A stretch of 64,000 nt of DNA from positions 1 through 64,000 of the forward strand of contig JBDOQK010000051.1 in the NCBI GenBank assembly GCA_040437565.1. The letters are read 5' to 3'. The translations under genes and the position numbers were made by a program. The stretch is from Albugo candida (Eukaryota). The notes below the pieces were generated by a model that did not search any database, was not told the origin of the DNA, and saw only the letters and a list, made by a program, of their open reading frames with translations. Shown piece after piece: positions 10,701 to 24,386 of the stretch. The stretch's first letter is position 1. Every line of letters starts with the position of its first letter.

Positions 10701-13310
10701 ACTTGTGTCGCATCTTTACTATCCCCACACACCGACTCGGGAAACGTATCGACATCATTGGCATATCCAAAGGCGAGGCAATCGGACGAGCTTGGAATAA
10801 ATTCGGATGATTACATACTTTACGCAATTGCATCAAAATGTTCATAAGACTCAGAAAATTTCCATTCGAATGACTCATAGCATTCCGTGTCCAACTTTGA
10901 GCGAGAAAGCCTTCATACAAACTCTGTTGTCTTCGCGATAATTTGCATGGGATCACATGTTCCACTTTTCGTGGAAGCTGTTTCGCGACGTCTTTCTTCA
11001 GTCGTCGAAGCACAAATGGTCGAATAATTCCATGAAGCTGATCCACAAGCGCATTATCGACATCTTTGGCATCGGAGCCTTCGACCATCCCATTCAATGG
11101 CTGTTGGAACCAGTACGTAAACTCCTTACGTGATGCGAATAAATGCGGCATCAGGAAATGCATCAAAGCCCACAGCTCTAAAATATGATTCTGTAGCGGT
11201 GTTCCGGTCAGTAAAAGGCGACGTTGGGAATGGAGTGTCAGTAATGTTTGCCATCGAAGCGATTTCCAATTTTTGATGTGATGTGCTTCGTCCAAAATCA
11301 CATAATACCATTTCTTCCGTTTGAAACAATGAGCGTCCTGCACGACCAATTGATAGCTCGTCACGCACACATGGAACGTATTGGGCTTACTCCATCCTTG
11401 TCGAAGGAGTTTACGTCGTTTTGCGGAGCCAAAGTACGTGAGGATCTTAAAGGCCGGACACCAGCGCTTCAGTTCCATTTCCCAATTCACAAGACAGCTC
11501 GTAGGCACAATGATCAAATGAGGTCCCCATAAATGATGCTCACACGCTAAATGCGCGAGCAATGTGATCGTTTGAATTGTTTTTCCGAGTCCCATTTCAT
11601 CGGCTAAGATGCCGTTAATGCGCTTCTCACACATTCGAATGAGCCACGCGACACCAGCGACTTGGTATTCGCGGAGATCGAGACGAGTTGTCAGGAGAAA
11701 TGGACGTTCCAATGAGTGGTTGGACCATACGTTGACAGGCTCTGTTTCGAGAAGTTGCGCGCGTAGTTGGTCTATGGGAAGCTCACTTTCCGCTTGAAGC
11801 ATTTTGACCTCGAAAGCTTGCTCCTTTTCATCGATTTCGCCTTCGTCAGAGCTCCATGTAGACTCCTTATCGTCGTCACTATCCAGCACGTAATCGTCGT
11901 TGTCAGAGGCTGAAGAGCAAGTGGAATTGGAAGATGGACGTTCTTGAAAGGTTGCGGCTAACGCGGAAGCGTACTGTTCGGTCTGTTGGACTAAAGTCTT
12001 TAGCTGACGATCCATTACGGTCTTTCGTATCTGATCGGCGTGGACTTTGTGTTGGAATTGAACGAGCTTATCAATCTTGCTCCAGAACCGTTTGATATCG
12101 CGGGCAATACGACCTGCTACACGCCTTTGTGCTTCCATTTCGATCTTTTCTTTACGAGCTGTTTGAGTCGCTCGTTTGCGATGAAAAGTGAGCAATGACG
12201 TGCTTAGTGTTCGGGCTGTTTTGCCTTTCCATTTTTGTTCCTGAGCGAAATCAGCAGCCATCCATTCCATTTCCTGCATGAGGTAATCACGGTGGTATTG
12301 CCCGCGTTCAAGGAGCGGATTTTCGCCGAAACGGAGACGTTTACGGCCGAGAAGACGACGATTTCCCGGTGTGGTCTGAGGNNNNNNNNNNNNNNNNNNN
12401 NNNNNNNNNNNNNNNNNNNNNNNNNNNNNNNNNNNNNNNNNNNNNNNNNNNNNNNNNNNNNNNNNNNNNNNNNNNNNNNNNCGTGGACTTTGTGTTGGAA
12501 TTGAACGAGCTTATCAATCTTGCTCCAGAACCGTTTGATATCGCGGGCAATACGACCTGCTACACGCCTTTGTGCTTCCATTTCGATCTTTTCTTTACGA
12601 GCTGTTTGAGTCGCTCGTTTGCGATGAAAAGTGAGCAATGACGTGCTTAGTGTTCGGGCTGTTTTGCCTTTCCATTTTTGTTCCTGAGCGAAATCAGCAG
12701 CCATCCATTCCATTTCCTGCATGAGGTAATCACGGTGGTATTGCCCGCGTTCAAGGAGCGGATTTTCGCCGAAACGGAGACGTTTACGGCCGAGAAGACG
12801 ACGATTTCCCGGTGTGGTCTGAGGATGTGATTGTTCTGTAAGCGCGCATTGCGGCGATTTCGCGGCGATACTGTCGGTCAAAGGCTTGTGAATGTCGTTG
12901 TGTATGGCTGAGGAAGGAGTGGTGCAAGTGCCAAGTGTCAATTCATTGAGACGAGTGAGAATTTGAGCTTTTCGTTGGGTCCAATGAGCCTGAAGATCGC
13001 ATACGGATGCTTTGGAAGGCGATTGTAGCGTGAAGGACGATGTTTCAGTGGCGATAGAGGAGAGGAGAGGACGATGGGGATGCTGGGGAGCGGATAGAGT
13101 GGTTTTGGAGGTGAGAGGGATGCGTATTGGCGTGTCAGATGCGAGTTTTGGGGACTCGGGAGATGGAATTTGACTTTTTTCGGCAATTGGAGTGCTTTCT
13201 GAAGCGTTTGAGAGCTTACGTTTATTTCTGCGACTTTGTCGACGATTAGGCAATCCTTTTGAGCTTTTTTTCGGATCGGAAGGAGCTTTGGAAGTTGCAG
13301 AATGCGGCAT
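7715..13310 (-). CDS. SWR1: SWR1/SRCAP/Domino-type Snf2 chromatin-remodelling ATPase with C-terminal WW, F-box and parallel beta-helix domains (~1700 aa after removing the false gap duplication)
   Basis: HSA-like region (EMEWMAADFAQEQKWK), GILADEMGLGKT, DEAH, TGTP, QLRKVCNHP, split-ATPase insertion, LIQFDCGKLQ, STRSGGLGINL, DSDWNP, QAQDRAHRIGQ. A 47-nt intron at 9885-9931 (GTAAGG...CTGAC...TAG) joins the two ORFs in frame. First in-frame ATG is 13310; an upstream exon is not excluded. Confidence 0.92.
12382..12481. other. Spurious scaffold gap with duplicated flanks
   Basis: 12039-12381 is repeated at 12482-12824 (343 bp). Collapsing the repeat restores one SWR1 reading frame. Confidence 0.92.
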
Positions 13311-13859
13311 TTTAGATGACTTGAATGGGGATACTTTAAAGTCGTTTTTTGTTGTTTCTAAGCGGTTTGCGACCACATAAACCGTACGGATATCAGCGTA
13401 AGGAATCGTGCGAATTCAATGATATGCTACAATGATATAGTGCGTTCTTGTAGCGCGAGTAATGAGCGAAGAAATAATGGCGGAATTTCGATAAAAATTC
13501 CCCCAAAAACCGATTTTGGGGTAAAGAATTGATCGTGGAGGCGGCTGTCCGTTTAGCGGGGCGCACATTATTTGGGGATACGTGGACAACGCTATTTGGA
13601 GAATATGGAACATTTTCATTCGTCATCCGACGTTTTGATTAGTGTCGAGTGCTTTTGCTTGCGCTATTCCTATGTCTTCTGGTGAGAGCGTATTGTTGAG
13701 AGCGATCGATGGAAACGATAGATGAGATTGAAACTCTCTCTGTAGAAATGGGAGGCAAGTACCATTCTCAACGATCAGTACATTGAACGCAATGCTTTGC
13801 ATCAAAACGACCTTAATTTCTGATTATGGATTTTGTGAAATTCGTATGCAAAGACTCTA

Positions 13860-14625
13860 TTAAATGAACGGGATACCGCTCACAGTGCGTCGCTTATACT
13901 CTGGGTACTCTTTGGGGAACAACACCATCAACGTCTCTTCCTCGTAAGGTATCCGGTCTTTAAAAAAGCCCCAAGACAACGCAATGTATAGAACGAAACA
14001 GATGGGATTTAAAAGAACGATTTGAGTGGCAATGCTCCAATAAAACCATCCCAGGTACGATGGGTGACGTACAAAGCGATACATCCCACTTGTGACCAGA
14101 AAATGATCGTCACGCTTTGAGAATTCAATTGTATGCGAAAAGTTGGAAGCTGCGGAAATCATCGCTGCAGTGCGACATGATTGGCCAAAAAGCAATAGGA
14201 TAAAACCACCAATGAGACAGTTGCGTTGAAATTCGTTTCCTTGCCGCTTATATGGAAAAATAGAGTATTCCACCCAAAATTCCAGACAGCTCGCGAAGAG
14301 AGCCAAATGATACGCTTGACTATGGTCCAGTATAAAGGCTATAACAGAATTGTCCTAGTTATATATCAGGATAACAGCAATTGGATGGCTCACATTCAAA
14401 CGACACGGTTGTTGGACGATAGGAAGCGGTCACAAGGAACTCTGTGAAATGGAAGAAACAGAGCGCAATCGCGTATATGGACCAACTGAGGATAACATAG
14501 TTTTCGGTATAGATGCAATAGAGTGATAGTGCAATGTGAAGAGCCATCAGAAAGCCCAAAAAGAATGCCGCAAGTGCCGTGCGACCCAAACCTGTGGCCG
14601 ATGTGAATTGCACGGATTGAAACAT
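13860..14625 (-). CDS. ICMT: Isoprenylcysteine carboxyl methyltransferase, 2 exons (14625-14394, 14338-13860), 236 aa
   Basis: A 55-nt intron GTGAGC...TAG gives FHFTEFLVTA...VSFESFILDHS. Also has NFSH, LVTSGMYRFVRHPSYLGWFYW, NPI, FFKDRIPYEE and GIPFI. Confidence 0.93.
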
Positions 14626-14761
14626 CTTAAAATAGTGTGTCACATCATTTGAAGTACTATCTGAATCAGGAATATTTCAGCTTCTACAGCACGAACCATG
14701 CATACATTGGTGTGAAAGAGTTGCGTGTCAAGCGTTTGCACACTACTTTAGGATTTCAAAC

Positions 14762-14861
14762 NNNNNNNNNNNNNNNNNNNNNNNNNNNNNNNNNNNNNNN
14801 NNNNNNNNNNNNNNNNNNNNNNNNNNNNNNNNNNNNNNNNNNNNNNNNNNNNNNNNNNNNN
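14762..14861. other. Spurious scaffold gap with duplicated flanks
   Basis: 14697-14761 is repeated at 14862-14926 (65 bp). Confidence 0.85.
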
Positions 14862-17800
14862 CATGCATACATTGGTGTGAAAGAGTTGCGTGTCAAGCGT
14901 TTGCACACTACTTTAGGATTTCAAACTGTTGACAATTAGTGAGCTGTTTCTCGCTTTCAAAGTGTTTGTCCGTCCGACTTTGGGAATCGCGTGACTAAAG
15001 AGAATGATTGTATCATATATATATAGACAACAGTTTGTGGAAGGCTTCCGTCCTCTTAAATTGCTTTTACTATTATACCCACTGAGAATGCGAAAGCTAA
15101 TTTGATGACAAGTGCCTCAATACACAATGGTAGCAATTAGGAGTATCGTGGCAGACACATTCACAACACAGTGCGTAAGGAAAGCCGTCACAGCTATCTA
15201 ATGGCTGGCGGAGATTGAGCTGAATTGTGATTCATCTCCGTGCGTGCGATTACTACACAGTACGATACTCCGCCTTGTTGATTACATTTTCGAGTATGTA
15301 CCGCTTTGATCGAACCACTAATTTTTATCATGACAGCAGATGAAACTTTATGTCTCTTTAAAATCCCATTAGAGAGATTTGCGTCCGCGGAATTACTTTC
15401 ATTCAAACGATTTATATCATCCATTCCTAATGATACACTATCAGCTGTGATCTTATTTTTGGAATCGAAGCGCCTTTTCCTCTTCACTCAGGAACGCACA
15501 TGTCGTATTCGAAGAACATATCTACCACCTGCACTCGGAGACCTGATAATCGGTGCTCTATCTGCTCTATTGAAATGATGTCTCACCTAAAAGAGCATGC
15601 AAATTCGAGATTTTCGATCCGTGATATCGCTTTACACCAAGTGATATTGTGACGACTCAAATGTCTGTTCAATGTTTACATCTGAAAAGTATATTGAAGC
15701 CGCTTTCCACGAAGAGAATTTGCCATTTCTTCGTGACTCGAATTGCTTCAAAAATGCAATACAATTGATGAGCATATTCAAAGATTGTCTAAGGATGGTC
15801 GATAATATCCAGCTGAGTGAGTTTTGCATGATTGATTTACGCGGAACTGAGGACACATTACGAGAGAAATTTCGATGCAGACTTGACACCGAGCCTCAAC
15901 ATACATTGTATGTCATAAGGAATGTTGTCGATTCAATATTCGATCACCCGTGTAAATACCTGACCGGCTGAGCACATGAAAGTATTTCTTGTTTGCCATT
16001 AAAAATAGGTCAACGTATTCCATTGCTTTGGTAAGAAAGAAAGCTAATTCAGTTCCGAAGTACCGTCGCTTTAGGAAAAAAATCTGTGATATGAGTTTGT
16101 ACGAGCTGACTCTTTACACTATCTTCTATTGTTATTTGGGAGCATTGAGCAATTGAGAAAACTCATGATTGACCCCATCCTTAGACAAGCTTCAAAGACC
16201 TTTACGTTCAAGCCAATTCGGAATGCTTTAGCCAAACGTGCGACCTCATGGAAAGCAATTGTGGCAAAAGTGCCATACACCCGACCGCTTTCTAGCCTGG
16301 TTGCAAGAACTCCGACTAGAATTCTCAGCTAGTAGAGGCTTGAGATAGAGTAGGAAGAATTAAACAATATTAATACAAGTGGATAGCACATTATTACAAC
16401 GCCGTCGCCATCATATATCACAAGCAGAGCCTGAAGGAAAAAAAGTGTCGAAATCCTTTCAAAATATCGTAATGAAAGCCATCTTATATGTATCACCGAA
16501 GCTGTGCACTTCTTTCAATCGCAGGCATTTGATTGAGAATTGCAATCGTGTATAGTTTTGAATTTTCATTCCGCCTCCTCTACTCCCTAACGTATGCTCT
16601 TTCTGCCCAATATATCCAGCTCGTACACTGTAGTCATCCTCAATGCGTTCGCTATCTGATCGAAATCGTAAGTAGCTGTATTACGTCAAACCCGTGAGAA
16701 ATCAGAACATTAGGATATGACTATCAAGGTTGAGACACATGATCTTCAAATCCCCTAATTTATGAAGGTTCTATACAGATCAACTTTATGAATTTTATGT
16801 TCCTACTCTCATCACATATTTGCTAGCGCAATACTACGCTATGATCTCCAGTACTCGCATACAGTTCGTGCACCTGATTGATGTGCTACGTCCTTCCGTG
16901 CCGGTTGTCACTGAACCATTCCACTAATCTTGAAGAACATGCGACCAATAGCATGTCCGTGTCAGGACCATCGCAAAACCACAATAGCGGCGCACTGATC
17001 ACTGAAGCTCTGCCAATAGTACTAGAACAGCTATGGTTCGAGCGCGCTAAATCGAATAATGATGCCTCCAAAGAACTCGTGGGTATACAACACTCAAACT
17101 CCCTATTCAATAGTGCTCTCCATCTTACTGTTGTATTCTTTCATCCGGCGCGATCTTCATTGAACTATCGTATATTTACTGGGTCTTTTAGGGGAGTCAG
17201 ATATATATAAATGATTCCTAAGTCTGACCAAATGTCAAGTGACTCGTGAGTCGCGATCGTGTTCTTTTAAAGAGAACAATAAAGCATTTATGTAAATGCT
17301 CGTTACGAATCCTCGTCATGTATCTCGCATGCATGATCTCGTGTTTGGTTACGCTCGGTTTAAAAGAAGCGCTGAAATGCATTGATGCATGTGACTTTAG
17401 TTTGAAAATCGTTTCCTAGTCTAGATTCAGTCAAGTTGAACGCATCATATATTATGTCGGCACTCGATTCATGAGGCGATTCTTTCCTGGAGATGATTTA
17501 ATTTACAGCAATTTGAGCATTTATTGATCTTCATCGTACTTGATAAGCCTAATAAACGTCTTGGCGTTCAGAATAGATAAGCGCGGCTTGGTCGATAAGG
17601 TATCCAATATACTTGAAATATTCGTGCCACCACCTCCCCACTTTGAACGAACTTGCGCCATAATAGTGATCTTATAGCACGCTGGAATCCTGATTTCGAT
17701 CACCCTCAAAGTGATGAACATGTTTCTCAGAATAGGAGTATCTTTTGGGGTTTGTGCATAAACACAAGCAAAATAAAGCCACCACGTGCTCGATTTCTGC

Positions 17801-18759
17801 AAAGATTTGTATTCACGCACTCTTTTGCTCTCACCATTCAAAACCTCGTTTTCCGTGTCTCAATTTCCTTCGCCTTGAAGAAAGCATATTCCGCGAGTAA
17901 TCTAGAGTCATTTCGGCTTTCAGTCACCATTCATAAAGCTAATATATCTTCTCTGTTTTATTGCCTACTTCTTCATAACCTTGGTGCGTCCGAATATGGC
18001 ATCATTCTTCATACTCGTCCGCAATGCACTGCATTAGGATTCTTTCTGGTACGCTGTCAGTATGCAATTCGGTTTGTCGATAAGAGTCGAAGAAAAGACA
18101 GAGGATGAAAATCAATAAAGCTACTAAACAGATATTTGATTCGTCGGTACGTGTCGCGCTCAAGAAATGCTCTGAGAGCGAACGCCTGAAATGACTGTAT
18201 TCCCACTGCAGCAAATCTTAGTATACAATTACAATCGATTGAGCAAAACACACGGTCACGTCTGTGTACTGAGCTTTAAAGCTTACTGTAATTGTTCAAG
18301 TGTGGGTGTTCTTTAATCGCATGTACATGATACAACTGTTGACACCAGCCAACACTGATATATCTATTAGTTTTGCTTTGGATGTTGTATAGAGACGGCA
18401 GCTCGATGCAGCAACATATTACACACTTAGACATAAATAAAGCAAATGATATATTAAATACCAGACGAATACCAACTATCACTTCCGTCTCAAATGTTGA
18501 TGTATAGTCAAGTCGTGATCGTTAAACAATCAAAACGGTCTGAGTTACAGTATCCACTCATGTAGAGTTACCGAATAATTGTGTCGTCTTTCGCTGATAA
18601 GCTTTCCATAATTCTTAAATTTGAGACTGAACTTTTCACATTCAGTCATTTCAAGGGCTGTTCATTGACTCTAATTCGCTTTTGTTGCTTACATTTAGTT
18701 TAGCCATTGACTGTCGCTTTTGACATCCATCTTAGCATACTCAATTCGGGAAACGTGAA

Positions 18760-20865
18760 ATGCTTTATTTCAGAGTATTCGCACTATTCCTCACCACACC
18801 GATATCGATAGGGTCGCCCAGTCAGATAACCTCTCATTCTGGAATCTTTAATTTGACACCCTCACGTGATGGAGATTATTCTGGGTGCCATCATTGTCTT
18901 GTCAGCTCAATGGGGGTCAAGCAGATACATTTACTTCAAGCAAACAGTGCATTTAGACTCTATTGGATTGAGAGCCCTTCAAATGATTTAGGAGCGTTTA
19001 TTTCTTTTTGCAACAACTTATGGAATTGCGTGTTGTCAGATCATTTAGAGAAAACGCACCGCCCCAATTTCTCTGTGAAGATTTACAAAGCAATAACATC
19101 TTCTCATGATTTTGGAGATCTTCATTTACTAGCGAACTTGATGCATGAAGAGATGTTAAAGGAGTCCGATGGATCGATTACATCTTTGAAAGACAGGAAA
19201 CACGATGTTTCATCATTTATTTCGAAAGGATCATCTGAAATCCCAATCTTCTTCTGGAATGACTACTCGAATAGAGATGCAATACTACTGGAACGGCTTG
19301 ATAGAAAAGATCGAGTCGTTTCCAATATGTCTTTAACGGCCGTATCAAATTCGAAGATGCGAAATGACGACCATGCAAGTACAACATACAGCGAAGCTGT
19401 AAAATCATCGATGCGATGTATGTTTACCCGCTTCAAACCACAAGAGGCTGTTTGCCGGGAGTGTTTGGCTATGCACAGCAAATGGTTCGTTGTTCGCTCA
19501 TTTCACCTCAGACACAATTCAAACGAAAGATCAGGTGAAGTTTCTGTTTTTCTAAGTAGCTATTTATCTTCAGATATTGTTACCAACTGCCAAAAAAGAT
19601 TTTGCCCGGACATTATCAGCTTGGATCTACTCTATTGTCGAAGAATTCACGACATCTTTCTCATAAAGCATCAACTCGAAGAAGCTGAGAATATTATGGA
19701 ACTAAGAGAAGTACAGCAGGTCCTAGAGAATATTGCATACAAGAGAATGGCACGACGCCATCTGCTAAAGCAGAAGTTCTCAGCAGCGACCATAGCTGCG
19801 GAAAGCATCGACATACTACATGGAGAAGAAATAGTTTGTATCAAAGTAAGGACAATGCCGCAAAACAGATGGCGATGTATCAGCTGTATTATCAAAGATA
19901 TGAAAGGATATCGTTTGATGATCACTTCGTCTCTATACATTTCGCTGGTTTTCTCGAATTCTATCAACTTGAAGTCGCCATGTTATTCATGCAGGGTGGT
20001 AGAGGTGCTGCAGCTGGATGATTGCCGACAAGATATTGCTAATCATCTCATGAGCATAGAAGTATACTCAAAGCCTGCACATCTAGATATGCTCAATGAG
20101 TTGGATAAAAGTTGTCTTGTGTTGTATCACATCAAATCAGAGACAAAACGTTGTTTTTTCTGCATAAAGCTGTATTTGGCCATGGAAGACCAAGTAATAC
20201 TGATCCGAAGATCTCCTTCATTACTTGATACTTCAAAATGTAAATCAAAACCGACCCCGGGAGCTCTCAGAGAACTGTTTTCAAAGTGTGTTCAAAAGGA
20301 TAAATGTATCAGGATTCAAAACGTCCCCTATCATTTCTGTGCTGCTCATCAAAAATACACAAATACGCGTTCGAGTGAAAGAACGCACACCAACATATTT
20401 CTACAGAATCACATCCCTGTAGGGTTTTGGCCTCCTCTAGCAAGCGAGATTTCTCGAAGCATGAATATCTTCACACCAGAAAAAAGTCTTATGCCTCATG
20501 CAGGGCCAGCACGTGAGTCAGAAATTTGGCCAGCTTTGAGCAGCATCGCGCTAGTGGAGTTTGAATACGCGGCTAATAAAGCGTATGACTGCCTAGAATG
20601 CTTAGTAGAACACACAAAGGTTTATTTCTTTTACAGGAGCGAACTCGTACCCAAGGGATATGTATGGATGCTTCCGGCAGCATCGTCCATTCTATCACAA
20701 TGCCTGGGAAAGCATTGCTCATGTCTTTTTAATACTGAAAAAGGAATGCAAACGAGGCGGCCCGTTGGACTGCGTCAAGTGACGAATGAAGACATCAAAT
20801 CTTCAATCGGGATCTTTGATGATATTTCATACAAGCTGACCGAGAAGGATATATTTCGAGATTAA
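18760..20865 (+). CDS. Secreted CHxC/CCG-class effector (paralog 1), 701 aa
   Basis: Hydrophobic N-terminus (MLYFRVFALFLTTPISIG), then CHHCLVSSMG at residues 43-52 (CxxCxxxxxG). Intronless, Cys-rich and collinear with 24943-26997. Confidence 0.9.
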   Translation: MLYFRVFALFLTTPISIGSPSQITSHSGIFNLTPSRDGDYSGCHHCLVSSMGVKQIHLLQANSAFRLYWIESPSNDLGAFISFCNNLWNCVLSDHLEKTHRPNFSVKIYKAITSSHDFGDLHLLANLMHEEMLKESDGSITSLKDRKHDVSSFISKGSSEIPIFFWNDYSNRDAILLERLDRKDRVVSNMSLTAVSNSKMRNDDHASTTYSEAVKSSMRCMFTRFKPQEAVCRECLAMHSKWFVVRSFHLRHNSNERSGEVSVFLSSYLSSDIVTNCQKRFCPDIISLDLLYCRRIHDIFLIKHQLEEAENIMELREVQQVLENIAYKRMARRHLLKQKFSAATIAAESIDILHGEEIVCIKVRTMPQNRWRCISCIIKDMKGYRLMITSSLYISLVFSNSINLKSPCYSCRVVEVLQLDDCRQDIANHLMSIEVYSKPAHLDMLNELDKSCLVLYHIKSETKRCFFCIKLYLAMEDQVILIRRSPSLLDTSKCKSKPTPGALRELFSKCVQKDKCIRIQNVPYHFCAAHQKYTNTRSSERTHTNIFLQNHIPVGFWPPLASEISRSMNIFTPEKSLMPHAGPARESEIWPALSSIALVEFEYAANKAYDCLECLVEHTKVYFFYRSELVPKGYVWMLPAASSILSQCLGKHCSCLFNTEKGMQTRRPVGLRQVTNEDIKSSIGIFDDISYKLTEKDIFRD

Positions 20866-23299
20866 CCAATCTAGTACATGTCTTGAATCAGATTTCTGGA
20901 GGGCAGAACATAATGGGTTGCAAGTTTGTTCTGGAAAGTTAAGCCAGATTAAGACGATTGATGAAAGCCGATAGCTATTCATTTTATGTGGCCTTTAGTA
21001 GCGTGGGGATTTGTGCGAAATTGGTCGAGATTACTATTCTTATCAACGAGCGTCTCTACAGCAATCTGAACGCAAGCGATAGCAGAGATAAGAATACTAC
21101 TACGATTCTCTTGACCACGTTATCTGCATGAAAAGAGTATATGACGTATTTACTGAATTTCCGTAACATCTACCCACTAGCGGCTAGGATTCAGACTTAG
21201 AGCAGAACACGATACATTTATTTACCATGGCTGTACAAAAAAAATTTACAAATAATCGCTGGAAACCGAATAATCAAAACTTGCAGAATAAAAAAGATAA
21301 TGCGCGAATTCCATTCACAATTGGAGATGTTTATATCATCTTATTTGGCTGAAGTCAAGAAGCATTGCTGTGGGCAGTAATTCATGCCTTCTCTTAGCTG
21401 TCAAAAATGCTCTGATGCATTTTCGAGCATTATGTGAGCTCTCTTCAATAAATGCCCTGCTTTTATGACGACACTTTTGTCTGCATCCTTACTTCAACCT
21501 CAACAGCTTGCATCTATTGTTTTTTCGAGTTACAAATGATCTTGTGAGTATGAAGAGATATGATACTTAGTAGAGTCAAAAAGCAAAGATATTAGATCCA
21601 GAAGCTTCCATACAGGTGCCACCTTCTTTTCAAGTTTCTTCCTGCCCAACCGTTTGACCATTATGTGATTGTATCCTCGAAATTGGAATATTTTCCCTTC
21701 TGAAGGGTTTTAATTCTTTCGATGTGCGAGTTTCCACGTGCTTTGCGAAGTTTCTGAACGCTCTGAATGGAACCAAACTATCGAAGTCGATACTATAACT
21801 TTAAAAAATTGCGGTACGGATTAAGTCGACTGCACTCAGTATAGGATCGAATCGTTGTTGAATCAAAATTCCCAAAAGCTCCAGTTCCATGACCGTACGC
21901 TTTTCATGCTCATAAAGTGGTTACAGATTTTGTATGTGTCGATCCATTTATCCAAAGTGTATTGCGACCTTACATTTTGATGTCCCGACTTAAATTGATT
22001 TTGGTCTGCTCAATAAATGGCTTCTCACTCGGTTAACAGGCACACTGGGTTTGAGAAGCGGGTCAAACTGAATGCGTTGCCTCATTGCCTCTGTAATATC
22101 ATGCAGATTTGAACATTTTTATACAGCTGCTTGGTCTTTAGTATGACCTCAGATTCTACCAAAACAAGTCGAATAAGGTACAATCCATCTTCTTCCGGTA
22201 GCTCATGTGTATTAACAAGTTGATCAATCGTATTCAGTGGATCAAGCTGCAATCAGTACGTCATTGCTAGAGGGATATCGCTCTGCTCTGACTTCCGTTC
22301 ATGATCATTGACTGAACAATTGTTTTGGGGAAAACACAGTATGAGCGAGTTCCACAATCTTCTGATAAATCATCGCTCGATTTTCGTGAGGAATTCGAGA
22401 CAAATCGTACTAGGACGTTGAGCAATTTCTGATTCCGGTGGTTGCGAGAATTGTGTCTCGGTCAAAAGCGGAGAAATGATGGAACGTTGGAAAGGAACAC
22501 TCGGTGCTTGGATTGAGACAAATGGATCCAGCAACCATTGCCGCGTTCGTTCTTTTTTATAAAAAATGGCATTTTTGGGTCGGTTAATAGTTCCTTCTCC
22601 AAGACACGTAACTTCTCATCGTCCAAACGTTTTAACTCGGTCCATTGTGCAGATATCACGGCAAAATCAAATCGACTCCATTGTTTTTCTTGCTCCAATG
22701 TGTATAAAAGAACTTCCAATGATGAGGAATCCGATTCCGATTGACTGAAGCGAGACTCTTTATGGCTGTTATATCGGTACATTATCTCAACGGGATCGAC
22801 ACTTTGACTTAAATGCGCGGGGGACAAAGATGCTACAGAAAGAGGAATGAATGCTTAGAGTTGGTCGTTTGCGTCTCGAGTACGAAATCCAACGCACTTT
22901 CATGTATTTGAGATACCAAACGCAGCTCTGAGACAACTTATAAGCTGTGTGGAAGGCGTTCCGCATACCGATAAGCCAATGATTTTAGGAGAGAAAGATT
23001 GTTCTTTTACAGGGAAATCAGAAATGAACGACACGGAGACTGTTGAAAAGGCACGACTATTGGTGTCGAAAGGGAGCGACTAGTGATTCGAAAGGAAACT
23101 GTTAGAAGAGATAAAGGACCATAATCTCAAAGAAAAGGCTTTCTCATTCACTCCACACTGTTCAAGCAACATATGAGCAAACAGCAGAGACAATAGGTTC
23201 TGAATCGAGTTCCTCATCGAGCCGGACCGTACGCGCTAAAAGCACGGGGAGATTTCATGTCGAATCTTTGAGCACTTGCCGGAATATGATCAATCCAGC

Positions 23300-24386
23300 G
23301 CTCTATCGTGATAACGGTAAGTTTATTGGCTTATATAGTGCTCTATTTCAACCAGTGTTGATGAAGCAAGTGGAGGTCAAAATTGGGAACGCTATTTCTC
23401 ATCAAATGATGTTTATTGATGGAATTGGAATATGTTGTAGCTTCGTGGTAACTACGATTACACGAATACAGTTGACGCGAACAGAAGTTACGATTGTTAT
23501 CAAATGACACATTTGAAGTAATCAAATAACGCCGAACAGAACGCTGATCTCGTTGCAAAAGCATTGCAGCAGCTGGGTCCTGTAGCTAACTGCCAAATAT
23601 ATCAAGTCATTGGATCATAAATCAGACGAGAAGTCTCGAGAGCGTTTTGCTACGGACATTCCAGCAAATTTAACTGTACTGTACACGTTTCTTCAGCAAA
23701 AACAATCATCAGAGATTTTATTTTTACGAATTTACAATATATATATGTCAAGCGCAAGCATTTGCAAAGAGACGACCAGAAAACAAGTTTAATAGAAGTG
23801 GGGCGTCGTGTGAGTACAAGAATCAAACCTTGCAGACAAGAAGTTCATATAATGTGAACTGTCAACTACTAATGATGTCATTCTTGCTCAGTCTACTTAC
23901 ACAATCGATAATTGATCTGTTATAAAGCATTTCCTGTATGTGGGCAACCGTGTGATAAAAAGATTCTCTTCATTTATGACTTCGGGTCATCTAGGATTTT
24001 TAGAAATGCTATATCAAATATACAAGCAAGAGCTGCTGAACAAAGATCAATTTTGCTGGAATCAACCGCAGATAATTCTTACACTGTTTTTGTGTCTAAT
24101 AGCAGTGACGAGATTGATTTGTTATAGAAATCATCTGCAGTAGCTGATCGCTTTTTCAACAAAATCCGCACGAATGCTCCACGTGACGCAAAAAAATGAC
24201 GTGAGGTGGTGTATATGTAGTGGCTAATTTGATCAAGTAATATGCGCTGTTCAGGAAGGGCAACCATATACCACAGTGCTGATTTCCAGTGAAACCTCCT
24301 ATTGTTGTATGTGGTGTCAGCGTCGTATTGACAACTATAGCGATAGAGAAAACAAGAATTGTACCAATCAAAGAAACTCGGTTCAT
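23300..24386 (-). pseudogene. Possible decayed secreted Cys-rich (CCG-like) gene
   Basis: Signal-like MNRVSLIGTILVFSIAIVVNT, then HCGIWL and SCGFC*. Downstream frames give CKNYL, YRKCF and LCKCL among many stops. Boundaries approximate. Confidence 0.3.

Noticed and set aside
12204-13376. Separate 390-aa HSA-containing gene, or a doubled HSA domain
   Set aside because: It is the 5' end of SWR1 and the doubling comes from the false gap. The 13376 start is GTG.
15000-18500. Protein-like minus-strand fragments, including a hydrophobic Cys-rich leader near 18480
   Set aside because: Could be a decayed gene or effector, but I found no consistent splice model or diagnostic motif.
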